Below, in pieces: positions 21,901 to 35,600 of a DNA stretch of 64,000 nucleotides (position 1 is its first letter; each line of letters begins with the position of its first letter). Source of the DNA: Podarcis muralis (Eukaryota). Below the pieces are notes generated by a model. It did no database searches. It saw nothing but the letters and a program-made list of their open reading frames with translations, and was not told where the DNA came from. The stretch lies in assembly GCF_964188315.1 (NCBI RefSeq), contig NC_135656.1:33666001-33730000 (forward strand). The letters are read 5' to 3'. Both the position numbers and the translations under genes were made by a program.

Positions 21901-24900
21901 GTTAAGGTTGTTCAGAATATGCTCCTGGTAGCATGCAACACTTGTGCACTGGTCTTTCTGCTTTCTTCAGTGCTGCCATGTGTGAGAGTCTTTGCTCATG
22001 TTAATTTTCTTTTGCCTTACCACTAAGAAAGTGTCCAGACATTATGGAGAGCAAGCAAATTTTCTTGCTCATGTGTCTACACCATTCATGAATAGAGAAC
22101 AGGTAGAGAGCATTTCTTTAACATTAGATGAGTCCTCCAGTAAGGGTCACTGAGCCTCCCTCCTAACTTGTCTTACATTTCTGCACTCCATCACTTTTTG
22201 TCCAACTCAGCCCAGCCACAGTACCATAAGTGAGCTGGATTGTAGTGGAAAAGTCCCTGACCTGAAATGATGGAGGACAGGAAAATAAAAGTGTCTGCAG
22301 CAGTGCAGCATGGGGAGAATAAGACCAGCTCTCCAAACCCATCTGACTCTTGATATAAAAAATAGAATCTCTTCCATGCTTTATACATAAACAGGACAGA
22401 TGCAAGAACAACAATTGTGTGACTGCCCATACTGTGTACAGTCATGCCCTTAATCCCCAATTTTGTTTACACGTTGCACCTTAGAATATATAGGTTAAAG
22501 GCTGTGTAGGTGGGGGTGGAATATTGCAACCCATTGTTATTAACCAACTGGTACTTTTACCATTTTTCTGCCAGCTACATGACCACAACTTTTGTAATGG
22601 AGGCCATGGCTGCTGCAAATGCCCAGCTTCGTTGGAAGAGAATGGAAAAGCACAAGGTTTGTGTGGCATTTCATTTGGCTGCTAATTATTTTTCTTCATA
22701 GCTATAAAATCTCAGTGGAGCAGCTCTGTTTTCATTTCATTTGTTATGTGTTTACCCTTAAAATCTGGCTGTAGATTCTGCACCATGTTGCAAAACTTGA
22801 TTCATCACAAACTTAGCCATTTTGTCCCTGGCACTGGGATGGATGCTCAGCCTTTTGGTGGACCAGCTTGAAGCTATAAGCATGCCAGAAGGCTTTCAGT
22901 TGGAGAGGTTTAGTCTTTTTTCCAGCAAGTAAAGACTCCTCTTTTTTACCTCTTGACATTCTGTTTCTTGTCAGAATTCTGAAATTATTCTATATTTTGA
23001 ACACTTATGCTTATTTCTTACTCTTCTAGGATGATGATGAGGATTCTTCATCTGGCGTTTCTGATAGTGATGTTCTTCTTCCTGAAGGCTACGAGCGATC
23101 AGAGACACGACCTATCCTATCTCTTCGTAAGTATCTAGCAAGAAACCTTTCTCATTCCTATGAGTTGCTCTTCAGTGCAGAGAACAAATGAGAAAGTTAG
23201 ACACAGCCTACTTTCCCTGTGTCTTGTATACACATGCACATGTAGTAGCTTTCTGAGAAACACAATACTAGCATTTTTACAATTCAAGAAAACTAGTTTA
23301 TCAAGGTATCAAGCCACTGGCAACCCTGTTTTCTCTCTAGCTTTGCTTCCACAGGGTTTCAGTGACACAAAATGTACAACTGAAAACCCCCTGAATCTTT
23401 TTTATATGAAATCATTTGTGAGTTGCCTTTCAGACCAAAATGTTAACTCTGAGCCAGCATCTTAACTTACAACAACCTATAGCCTTGCAAGTAAAATCCC
23501 AAATGTAATAGTTTGCAGAGCTTTATTTGTCCTTTTGTCTTGCATGTACAGTACCTGATTTGTAGGGGGGAGGGAAATCTCAACTGTTATAAAGTTTCCT
23601 TTTCTGGTCTCCTGCAGGCAATTATTGTTATAAGCAACATAGGAAAGTGTTAATTTACATGTCTGAGCAAGATGGAGAGAGAACAGGTTGTGGCTTGAGC
23701 GGGACCCATCTTTGAGATGTAGGCTAAGAGTTTCCTTCCCTCTAACCCTGCAGAGAGACGAGGAGCACCTAACATTTTTGAAATCACTGAAAGGGTGGAG
23801 ATGGGTCAGATGGCATCCATGTTCTTCAATAAAGGTAACTACCTTCAAGCCACGAAGGCTCTATTTCATATTATGTATATTTGGTTGTTTTTTATTTAAC
23901 CTAGCTTTTGTCAGAATCTCTTAGTAGTTGGTGTTTTTCTTGAGGAATGACAGTTTCAAGTGAAAACTACATGTGCGAACCATAATAGGAATCACCCACT
24001 TTTCCAGAGTGTTTCTGAATGGTTCCTAAAGCCTAAATGTCAAGTTTGACACCCCACCCCATGTGAATATATAACTTCTTTTAAATAGGGATATTTAAGG
24101 CTTCTTGTGGTCCCAAATCTGCTTGAGATACTGAATACCTACTTCTCCTGGCTACTAATAATGTCTGGAGGTGGAGAAACAGGTACCATCTTGTCTGTGT
24201 GTTCATGTATTTTGGCTTCGAGAGACATAGTCTCACTTAAAATAAAGTTTTAAGTGCTTGTAGTTTTAAAGAAAAGATTGACATGTGACACTAATCTATC
24301 TTTCTGTCTCAGAGTGTAAATAATTATCTTTGATAAGGCTTGAATTTTTTTTAAAGGAATGAATATAACACATCTGGACTGGCAGTAGAAAGATAGTCAG
24401 CTGAAGAACTTTGCTGTACATAAATGCCGTATTAAATAGTCTCAAAATGTTTACTAATATGTATTGTGCTCCAGGTAACAATTTTTGTAGTACTGTTAAA
24501 GGTGCTGAACATTTTCCATATCCCTAATGTGCTGTACTCCTCATCCTGGATAAAAGCAAATAGTAATTTAAATTGCATCCTATTTGCACTTTTGCACTCT
24601 TTCATTCTCAAAGAAACCACTGAAGTTCTTAAGCAATGGTAGAGCTACTTGACATAGGAGTTAGGGTTTGGGAACTGGAGCTAGCTACTATTAAAAAAAT
24701 TTACTGTTGGGTGTCTTTCAATATGACAGAAGGAACTTGGTTTTGGGTTTGGTGTTAATGAGGCTTGTTGAGAGCAGTACAGATAAAATAAACCTGTGAG
24801 TGACATCCTAGTGAGTGGGTAGGTTGTAAAGATGCAGCCCAATTACAGATTCATTTGAATACTTAGCCCAGATTGAACTGCTAGAGATATGAACCGCTGG

Positions 24901-26618
24901 CCTTGAATGGTATGCTAGCATTCTGTTTTAATTGCTGTGATGGATAACTTCACCCAGCAGAGGGTGCTCAGGTCACATGTGTGAATTCAGAACAGTAGTA
25001 GTTGAATATTATTTAATTATTTAATTATTCAACTTGTAATTCACACAAAACCTTCATTCTTTAGTTTTCCCTTTACCATAAGTAGACCATGCTGTAAAGT
25101 TCCCTCTTTTAGACGAGAGAATGTGAATATTGAATAATTACAGTAGGTTTGGTGAAAGAAGGCCCCCCTCAAAGTCATGGATACCTGTATTTCCACGATA
25201 TTTGCTTCTGTTCTGTCTTATGTGTTAAGTGACATCTTATATGTTATATGTTAAAGTGACATCTTGGTGCTCAGAGTTTTGAAAGCATCATGCAGGTTTC
25301 ACAGATCCACAAGTAGCTTGATAGTAATAGAAGTTAGCTTTCTGAGTATCTCTGAGCTCTATAAAGTAACTAGTTTCTGTATCAAGAAAAGTTGTGCAGA
25401 AAGTTTTAAAATGTCTGGATGGTGTCTGTGAAAGATCTTGAAATGGATTTTGGAGGTGGTCTTAAACCTGTAGCCTCCATTTGTGCCCTTTAGGTCTGAT
25501 ATTATTCTCATTTTCTTACATCTGCTGCATCTCTTTCCTTGTCATAACTGTAATGCAACAGTAAGTCATCAATTTATGCAAATTTGGATAGTACAGGAAG
25601 ATGAATTTTTTGATGGATCGCAGACCCTTGATGTGTCAAGAAAATTGGCTGCGCATGTTGGCAGACTGTTTTTGTACACACAACTTTTATGGATGAGGTG
25701 AAAGCTAATGTTTAATTAAACATGTATTAGAGCAGGCATAGGCAAATTCGCCCCTCCAGATGATTTGGGACTACAGTTGCCATCATCCCTGACCACTGGT
25801 CCTGTTAGCTAGGGATGATGGGAGTTGTAGTCCCAAAAAACATCTGGAGGGCCGAGTTTGCCTATGCCTGTATTAGAGTGACCAGCTTAGTGTTTAAATC
25901 CTGGAGAGTGATTTTGAAAGATAGGGCATGCAGATTGGCCGGACTCTCTTGGGTTTCAATCAGCACACTATTGTGGCCCCTTTTAAAAGTTGCTCAAGTC
26001 ACTTGATCTCCTTCAGATAGGTGGTAGTGAGGATTTCCTTAAAGAGCCATTTCCCCAAACTTCTCAGGTAATTTTAAGAGGTTGCAGATCCCACAGATCA
26101 TTTGATAGGCAAGATATTTTGATACTAGGCTTGAAGAGCCCCTTCATTTTAAAGCAGAGTTGGATAACCTGTGCCCTCTGGATGTTGTTTTAGTACTACT
26201 CCCCAAATCCCTAATCACTGGACATGCTAAATGGGACCAATGGCAGTTGAGAGTTCAGCAATGTATGGAGGGCCACAGGTTCCCCAACCCTATTTTAAAG
26301 GCACCAGTAGGCCCCATCATTCTGCCCAGACACTGAGGTCCAGTGCCGAGGGCCTTCTGGTGGTTCCCTCGCTGCGAGAAGCCAAGTTACAGGGAACCAG
26401 GCAAAGGGCCTTCTCAGTAGTGGCGCCCGCCCTATGGAACGCCCTCCCACCAGATGTCAAAGAGAAAAACAACTACCAGACTTTTAGAAGACATCTGAAG
26501 GCAGCCCTGTTTAGGGAAGCTTTTAATGTTTAATAGGCTATTGTATTTTAATATTCTGTTGGAAGCTGCCCAGAGTGGCTGGGGAAACACAGCCAGATGG
26601 GCAGGGTATAAATAAATT

Positions 26619-26679
<61 letters not shown>

Positions 26680-29600
26680 TTAATGGCTTCTGTTTACTAC
26701 CATACATCTCCTGTTCTTACTTCATCTATTCATCTTTGTTTCTGGGCAGCTTGTCTGGTTTGTGTAGAAGCCTTTCTCCTCCAGTTGGTTTGGATGTCTT
26801 CGCCTCCCCTCTGAAGTGCCAGATCTTTTCAACTGTCCTAATTCTCTAATCCCATCCCTTCAGAACTCAACCAGGCTTACTGCAGTTAAGCATAATCAGA
26901 ATTTGCACATGCATTCTTCAATGAACTATAGCAATTATTTGCTCTTAAGGGAGAACTTCTTACTGCCCCATTCTGTGTATTATGTTGTTTTATTTGAACC
27001 CCCAAACAAATCCGCGCAGTGACTGTATGCTAATGTTACACCCCGACCGCAACCTGGCAGGTTTGCTATTAGGGTCATGAGATTTATGCAGTACAGTCAA
27101 TGAATAAGGCTTTCAGAGTTTCATGGCTAGGTGAAGATGTGTTGCGGCTCTGTTATACCTTCTTTTGAGAGTTATTGGCCTGTTAAAAGCAAAATCCTTG
27201 TTTTCACTGTATTCTTTGCTCATTTCCCTTGACTATCTTAACAATTTGACATGCTCTGGATCTGCAATCTTAAGAGTTGAGCTGTGTATAAATCTTCCAC
27301 CTCTGACTTGTCTGCTTTCTGTAGGGAATAGATTTGCAGTCTTAACTCTAAGGAGAAAAAAGGGCCTCTGGCTGTGAAGGGAATCTATTCTGAAGGATAG
27401 CTGGGTGCTCTTTATCAGGGATCCAGAAGTCATTTATTGTAATAATGGATTCAAGGCACATACATCATGTACCATCCTTGCAGGAAGTCATTGATCTTCC
27501 TGTTTTGTGTCCAGTAATGAAAGTATTGATCAATGAAGGTTGGTGGCAGTTTATAAAACAGAAACAACACTAACGTCTATCTGTAGGTGGAGAGGGTGGA
27601 GACTATTGGGTGGTGCTTTCACCCCAAATCCTCAGCTGAGATGTGTGCCTTGAATAAACAACATAGAAGTGGGTCTGAGATGTTCTGCAGAGGACAACAG
27701 GATTGGTTAAAATGTTGTGGTTTCAAATTGTTAGAAGCTTTAAAATATTTAAAATACAGATTATCTGAATATTTTAAATGCTCTGAGCTACTGTGGCTAA
27801 GGCACAGGCCTTTATTTTGCCAAACAAATGAAAGCAGTACATTCAACTTTGTTTCCTACAGAGTTCCTAGTGTAAATTAGATGTAAGAGGGCTGTAGTCA
27901 AGTGACCTAGCAGCTTGGGCACCATACCTGTTGGTCTGATGGCAACAGTGAATAATAGGAATTCTTCCTTCCATCCCCTTCACTGTGTCCTTTTACCATG
28001 TTCATTTACAAGGTACTGTTTAGGCATTGATTGATAATCATTTGGGGAAACCAATCTCTTGAGTTGTGGTGACCTTTTCAAGCATTTGTTAAAGCATGCT
28101 TCCTTTCAGCCTTTTTTTCATAGATGTCAACACTTTAAAAGAAAGATCTCGCATCTCTTAAGACAGAATTTTCCTCTGCTTGCTAGTATTCCATGAAGCC
28201 CAAATGTCATATATCTTTTTACTGATGCTGAAAAAAATATATACTATAACTTTTCTGTTTTTTTATTTTATTTACCTATTTTATATGTTGGTAAATAAAA
28301 AGTTGTGTAAAGTGAGTATAATTTCCATATTTTATTTTGTTTGATATTTACTTAAATTTGACATTCTGGATGTGACACTTAAAGCTGCTATCCTTTACAC
28401 AGTTATTTGGGAGTAAGCCCCATTAAACCTATTGCATCTTATTTCTGAGAAAACATGGTTAGGATTGCTGTGTTGGACTTGGTGTCACTTTGTATTACGA
28501 AAAACTAGCTGTGGACCTAATTTTGGAGTCACTACTGTGGATAAATGACGGCACGACTCACTGCACTGATGTACATACATATTGGATATGATATGAGGAC
28601 ACCTAATTTTGTTAAGCTTTCTTCACCCTTTTTCTTCTGTCCCATTTATCCAAGTAATGCTGAGATACTCACTCCTATTTAAATGTAAGGAATAGCTGTG
28701 ATCTCATTTCTCAATCTTTCCCAATATGAAATGTACTCTTCTGGAGGCTCTGTGATGAATTAAAGGCACTATTAATGTCTTTCTGAATATGGGAAAAATA
28801 TTTTCGGCTGCAGTCTTTTGCGATCCTCTCCTTGTAGTCAGTTATTGATGTAGTGTAGGGATGGGGAACCTGTGGTCTTCCAGATGTTTTTGGACTCCAA
28901 CTCCCATCAGCCTGAGCTACTATTGCCAGTGTTGATGGGAGTTATAGTCAGCCAGCATCTGAAGGGCTACAGGCTCCTCACTTCTGGTGTAATGAATAAT
29001 TGTTTTCTTTACTTAACAAATTATTTTCCTCCCTTGGTCAGAAGGTTGTTGCAAACTGGTTTGCACTGTTTTCTTTTCACATGTTTTTTGAGATATGAAT
29101 TTGTGTTAAGGCTTTGACATTGTAACTTCCAGGACATGTGAGTTCTCCCTGGTGTTCAAAGCAGAATTCTCATATCTCCCCCACAGATATTTGCACCTGT
29201 AGTTCATATATCTCACTGTAGAGGAAGAAATAAAAAATGGTGATCATATGGATCTTTCTGGAGACTTTGGTTCTCTTTTAAATGGCTAAACATGAGGTGG
29301 GCTGTCCTTTAGGTCATCTGGGATCTGTCACAGGGAAATTCTCTGGATGACACAAAGAAATTCAGAGAATAGGAATGGCAAGGCACTTCTGCTCTCCTCA
29401 CAGATGGCCACACCTAAAGTCACTTTTAGGCCTCGTACTGTCATAAAGCACAGCTGTGAATTGCTGTAAAGCTTCTATTTTTCTAGTAGCAGTGGTGCCA
29501 CAACAATTTAGGTATCAATATATGGCTCTGTTCTGTTGCCAAGCTCAAAATCCTGTGTTAGATTGCATCATAAAACACTCCACCATAACAGCTGAAGCAT

Positions 29601-32600
29601 TTTGTATGGTGGAGCTGCTAGTGTAATGTGCAATTAGAAGTTGTGCACCAAAATTCTAGACTAGATTAGTATTCCTGTCAAGCTCCTTTATTTTTTGCTT
29701 TCTTACAATATTCCTGTCTTCTCTCCTTTTATACGAAACAATGCGTGTTTTGTTTCCTTGTCTCAGTGGCCTTTGGAAATGAAATCTGTTCAGATTGAGG
29801 CATTCAGTTCTATTTCTTTTAAGTCAAGCTGGTGCATTTTGGCATCTCTTTATCCTTATTGATTTCTACTCATCAAAGCAGAGTTTGTTTGCCTCCCGGT
29901 AATTCTTTTTGTCTGTGAAACTATAAAGTCTGTCTCACCTGCGTCCTCTAGAGCAAGGGTATGGTGGCAGTGAATATTTTCCTTGATAAAACGGAATATA
30001 GGATAGGGAACATTTTATGGCAGGGTGGAGAATATTTTTCAGTCTGGGGGTAGCATTTTACTTGTATACATTAGGCTAATTTACACTCACTCACATTTCT
30101 GTATGCCCTCCAGCTAGTCCAGAAAAGGCACTGTTCAGTGCCATATTCCAGCCATGCCAAAGCTCTCAAGGAGGGAGCCAAAGCAGAGTCCGTGAGGGGC
30201 ATGGCAGGGGAGGGGGTGTCACATGAAAAAAGCCCGGTATAGTTGCTTGGTGGAAGGCATTCTTGGCCCCTGGGTCTGAGGTTCAGCACTCCTGTTTTAT
30301 GGGATGCAAACTTTGTGGAAGTAGAATTGCATCTGGTTTTTAAATGGAGCTACTATAAAACTGGTTAGGTTAATGCAGGCATTTGATTACATATCTGCAG
30401 GGTAAGGAAGTCTGAAGCAGGAAAGGCCAAGTCATCTTTGCAAAATACCTTCCTTCTGACTAATCTTGGTTACCATTGTTTGCTGTGAGATCATGGCTGG
30501 TTTTAAGCACCTTGTTTGTGCTCTTACATTACACAATGCACTGTATCTGAGGTTGCCCCTAGGCCTAGCTCAGAAGCTCTAGCTGGTACAGAAATATCTG
30601 CATGGGCTGCTCATCGTTAGGGCTTGCCGATCAGAAGGTCGGCGGTTCGAATCCCCGCGATGGGATGAGCTCCTGTTGCTCGGTCCCTGCTCCTGCCAAC
30701 CGAGCAGTTCGAAAGCACGTCAAAGTGCAAGTAGATAAATAGGTACCCCTCTGGTGGGAAGGTAAATGGCGTTTCCGTACACTGCTCTGATTTTCACCAG
30801 AAGCGGCTTAGTCTGTCTGCATACAAACACCAGCTCCCTCAGCCAGAAAAGCGAGATGAGCGCTGCAACCCCAGAGTCGTTCACGACTGGACTTAACTGT
30901 CAGGGGTCCTTTACCTTTTTTTATTAATTGATGAAGGGCTCAACACCATAGGTCCAGGGTGCCTCAGGGACCACCTTGACCCTTTTATTTCAGTGCAATC
31001 ACTGAGATCATATGTAAGAGCATCATGTGAGATGGTGAGGCTCATTTGACTAGACACAGAACTGAGCCTTAGAGATTCAGCAGGCACCTTCTATACTAAT
31101 GTTTCAAATGTTTGCTGAACAAGGTGTTGCCAATAGAGTCGTGAAATGTTTTCCCCAGAAGCCTTTTTGCAGCACAGCAAGTTGAAGTGGTGATCCACAA
31201 AAGGTTCCTAGATAGATCCTGGTGTAAAAAGTGAAACTACAGGAACAGACTGGTCTAGTCTAAACCTATGTTTACTATTCCCTTTATTTACAGTGGGAGT
31301 CAACTTGTTCTATTTCTGCATAATCATCTACCTCTATGGTGATTTGGCGATATATGCAGCTGCTGTCCCAGTTTCTCTCATGCAGGTGACCTGGTGAGTG
31401 TGCTTTCGGTGGCAATATTTTGCAAGCAGCAGTTTTTTGCTGAAATGTCGGAGGATTGCATAACCATTTCACATTGATGGCTCTGGCAGAAGATTGACTT
31501 GCTGGTTGTAATTAATAAATTTAAAGTATTTCTACCTTAGGGACGCGGGTGACGCTGTGGGTAAAAGCCTCAGCGCCTAGGGCTTGCCGATCGAAAGGTC
31601 GGCGGTTCGAATCCCCGCGGCGGGGTGCGCTCCCGTTGCTCGGTCCCAGCGCCTGCCAACCTAGCAGTTCGAAAGCACGTCAAAGTGCAAGTAGATAAAT
31701 AGGGACCGCTTACTGGCGGGAAGGTAAACGGTGTTTCCGTGTGCTGTGCTGACTCGCCAGATGCAGCTTTGTCACGCTGGCCACGTGACCCGGAAGTGTC
31801 TCCGGACAGCGCTAGCCCCTGGCCTCTTAAGTGAGATGGGCGCACAACCCCAGAGTCTGTCAAGACTGGCCCGTACGGGCAGGGGTACCTTTACCTTTTT
31901 ATTTCTACCTCACACTTCAAACTAATTTTCCAGAGTGGGTTACATTGTTCTGATGTAATTTGACAGTGCTTAGCATATTGACAAAAACTAGGTCTAGGGG
32001 CTAATTTGTGAGTTACTTCTTTATAGGGCTGCAATGCTTACTTGATTGATTCTTTGATTAGATTAGATTATCAGAAGGTGCTGCTGACTAATTGGGCAGC
32101 AGATTTTACAACGGTCTAAAATAATTTTTATGCCTGTATTTACAAAAAGCATGAATGACAGGTGACACTATAGAACATACATTCCCCCTTCTATCCCACA
32201 CAGCCAGGAATGGGTATTCTAAGACTAGGAGCCTGATACAAAAATAGCCTTTTCTTCAATACTGTTGTTGATTCATACACAAACTAATCTGGCTTTATTC
32301 AATGAATTACAAGTTATATGATTAAATGACTACTATTTCTTTAATCAAGAAACACTTCTATTTTTTAAAATGTCTACATATACCTTACATGCCAAATTCA
32401 TAAGGTACAGTGTTGAAGAATGTGGAGTTCTTGATTGACCGAGACTCCACATGGTGTGTGCTGTGTAAGGGGAAATTCTCCATCATCCTTTAAAAAAGTG
32501 TGGGGAGGAATGGTGGCTGGGGTTTGCATAGGTGCATGGGTGTAGCCAGGATTTATGGATGGGGAGAACCTCAATTAATTAAGTGTTTTTAATGAGGGGC

Positions 32601-35600
32601 AGCTGCTATGCCCATGCATAGGTGCATTAACTGTGGTCTGCTTTGCTTCTCCCTCTTGTCAGTAGTGTGACGGGCAATCATTCATGCAGTGTTGAAGATG
32701 GTACTAAGTATAATGACACAGACAAGTGCTGGGGACCAATCAGAAGGATTGATGCTTATAGAATTTATCTGGTGAGTATCTCCTGCGCCTGGGGGAATTT
32801 TACATCCTTAATTAAATAACTGATTCTGAAGGGATGCTTAAATGCTAAGGGTGATACCCAGTATTAGTCATACCCATTGAAATCTGTGAACTGCTGAGTG
32901 AACTGCTGTGAACTGCTGAGTGAGATCAAATGTAGCACAAGCAGGCATTCATGTATGCAATGGGGTTTCTCCTTCCTTTCTTACACCTGAAATCTGCTTT
33001 GCAGGGTTGGGGGGCTGTAGGGGTTGAAAACATGCCAGAAGTCCCATTGCTCAAACAAGCAGACATCATAGAATGCCACCTATAGGTTTCAGTGGGTGTA
33101 CCCTAAATATGACTTTGTTTGATTTAAATTTTATTGGTGATAACCATCTACTCTTGCTGATAGCCCCTTCCCTCTCCTTTTCCTGCTGGACACTTGTTGA
33201 AGATGGACTTAGTAGCCTTCAAGGTTTGTCATTCTTGTCTTGAAAAGCAGTCCATCCAACAGTGAATGGGTTCTTGTTCACTGTGCTGCGAAACAAAAAT
33301 GAATTTGACATTGCTGCCACGTTGTGAATTCTGGCTGTACTTACAGTATGATGTCCTGTTTAGTTGCTCACTTAGATTCCCCCCAATAGTTTTCCTCCTG
33401 CTTTGCTGCTTTTTCTGTGTGTTGCAATAAGCAGCTGCATTGCTGGTGAAATGATGATAATCTTACAAGAATTTATAGTTTGTATCAGAAATCACTCTGA
33501 AGAATCTTAATCCTTGTTTTCTTTCAATTTCATGGTATGTGTATGTGCACAAGATTAGATGCCTTTTACTTGTGAATGCTTCAAGCGTTTATGTCGTTCT
33601 GTGTCTTATATGTAGGCAGATTCCTCACAAATGCCTCTATCAGGAAACGGGTCTTTTTAATTGACCTTTTTATTAGCCTTTTTTTTGTAGTATTCCAATA
33701 TACTACTAAATTCCAATAGAATTTTCTCTGTTCTGTGATAGAAACTGCATGTTTTAAAGCATCCATGTCAAAGGAACCTGCTTTGACATAAGTGGCAGAT
33801 AGCTGATTGCATCTAAGCACAAAATAATAATAATTGGGATAGGAAGTGGGGGGCAATGACAAGTAAATTAAAGGAATTCTCTCTTACTGAACAATAAAAC
33901 CAACCAAAGTACTGTGGAACTAGAGTTATAGATAAAAATAAATATTGCAGTTGAAGGCTGAAGGTAAACATAACTGCTGGCAATGAGGAAGTGACCCAGA
34001 GCAATATATTCAGTTTTCATTTGACTGTGCATGTACATGTTGGGGTTTTTGTGAGTGCTGACTGGATCAGTTCCCTGAGCAGCACACTTCTCCTCCCCCC
34101 ACCGCCACCCAGTAATAATGTTGAAGCAGGAGTTAGGCCTTAGGAATATTAGCAAATGTCACAGCCTGGTTAATTATTTAAAAGAAATATTATTGCTTCC
34201 TTAAATTGCGTCTAGGCCTATTTCTTCAGAATTTCTGCATGATTGAAGATTTTCTCAATGAATTTCAATAACTCTGACCCACCAGAAGGAGCTCATCAGG
34301 AAAGGCAGACATGCATTAATTACTATCCGTACCTCCCATTTATTGCACCTGTAATTCATAAAGCCAGAGATTTAAAAAATAATAATATTGTGACTTTTGT
34401 AGAAACAGAAGGTTTATTGCTCTGGGTGTGCAAATTCTATGACACAATTTTGGTGTCTTTGTTTTGGATTTGAACAATACTTTATTATTTGTCAGGTCCA
34501 TAGCAGCATTGATTCTTTCTCTTTTACTAGATCAAAGTGTCAGTTCAAATTTACCAGTGTCACATAGCCTGGTTGTCATTTCTGTATTCTATATAGTGTC
34601 TAGCACATCACTAAATGAATGTGGAAGAATAATCAGAAGAGCTGGTAAACTGTAGATCAGCAATAGGTGCTTTACTCTGAATTTGTCTTTCTTCTGTCAT
34701 TTTCAATGTCTCTGCCATGTCACTTAGATTGTTCAGATTACTCTACCCCAGCAAACCCTGCAACTGCTTTGGAGATGGGCCTTGGGTCTGACACATAGGA
34801 ACTTAAGAAGAGCCTGCTGAATCAGGCCAATGGTACATCTCGTCCAGTATCTAGTACTCGCAGTGGTCAACCAGATGCTTAAGAGAAGTCCAGAGACAGA
34901 ACCTGAGCACAACATGGGGCTGGGAAGGTGGGGTTGCTAGGGAAATGGGGAGAAGAAGTTAAGGAGGCAGCTGAGTGATAGAGACAGAAGGTGCTCTGGA
35001 CATCTTTTTAATTTAAACTAATAGTGGCATGAGTAGCAATACTTCTCTAAGAAAGAAAGAAAGATGTTAGCTCTGATCTAGAAAGCCCTTTGATACATGA
35101 AATGCCTTTTAAACGCACTCACTTTTAAACTGGCAGCAGTTGCTTATAGTGGGCTGTTACTGAGGTTTCATCCATGTTTGTATGGAGACTCGGTTGACTG
35201 CTTGTTGGATGGCATGGAGGACCACATCTAAAAATAGCAGACTTGGAAGCCCTGTCATGTGGCCCCCTGGATTGAGGCTATTGAGATATGTTTATGCAGA
35301 AAGAGAGAGTATGTAGGGATGGACCTCGAAGCTTGGCTAAATCCTTGAATTATTTTCAGTCTGCATTTTTTTTATAATATGTCTGCTCTACTCAAGGCAG
35401 CTTACATAAATTAAAATCACTATGATTATTTAAATAGGGAACGAGGTGGTAAGGGAACACCTAGTTACTATAAATTAATTCACATATCCAGGGCTTGATG
35501 AGCTGCAGCCAAAGATACGAAAGGAGCTTGCAGATGTAATCTCTGAGCCTCTTTGTACAATGTTTGAGAATTCTTGGAAAACAGGTGAGGTCCCTGCAGA

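Noticed and set aside
33581-33862. 93-aa minus-strand ORF in the large intron as a nested gene or transposase
   Set aside because: No motif I can recognise and no convincing splice signals.
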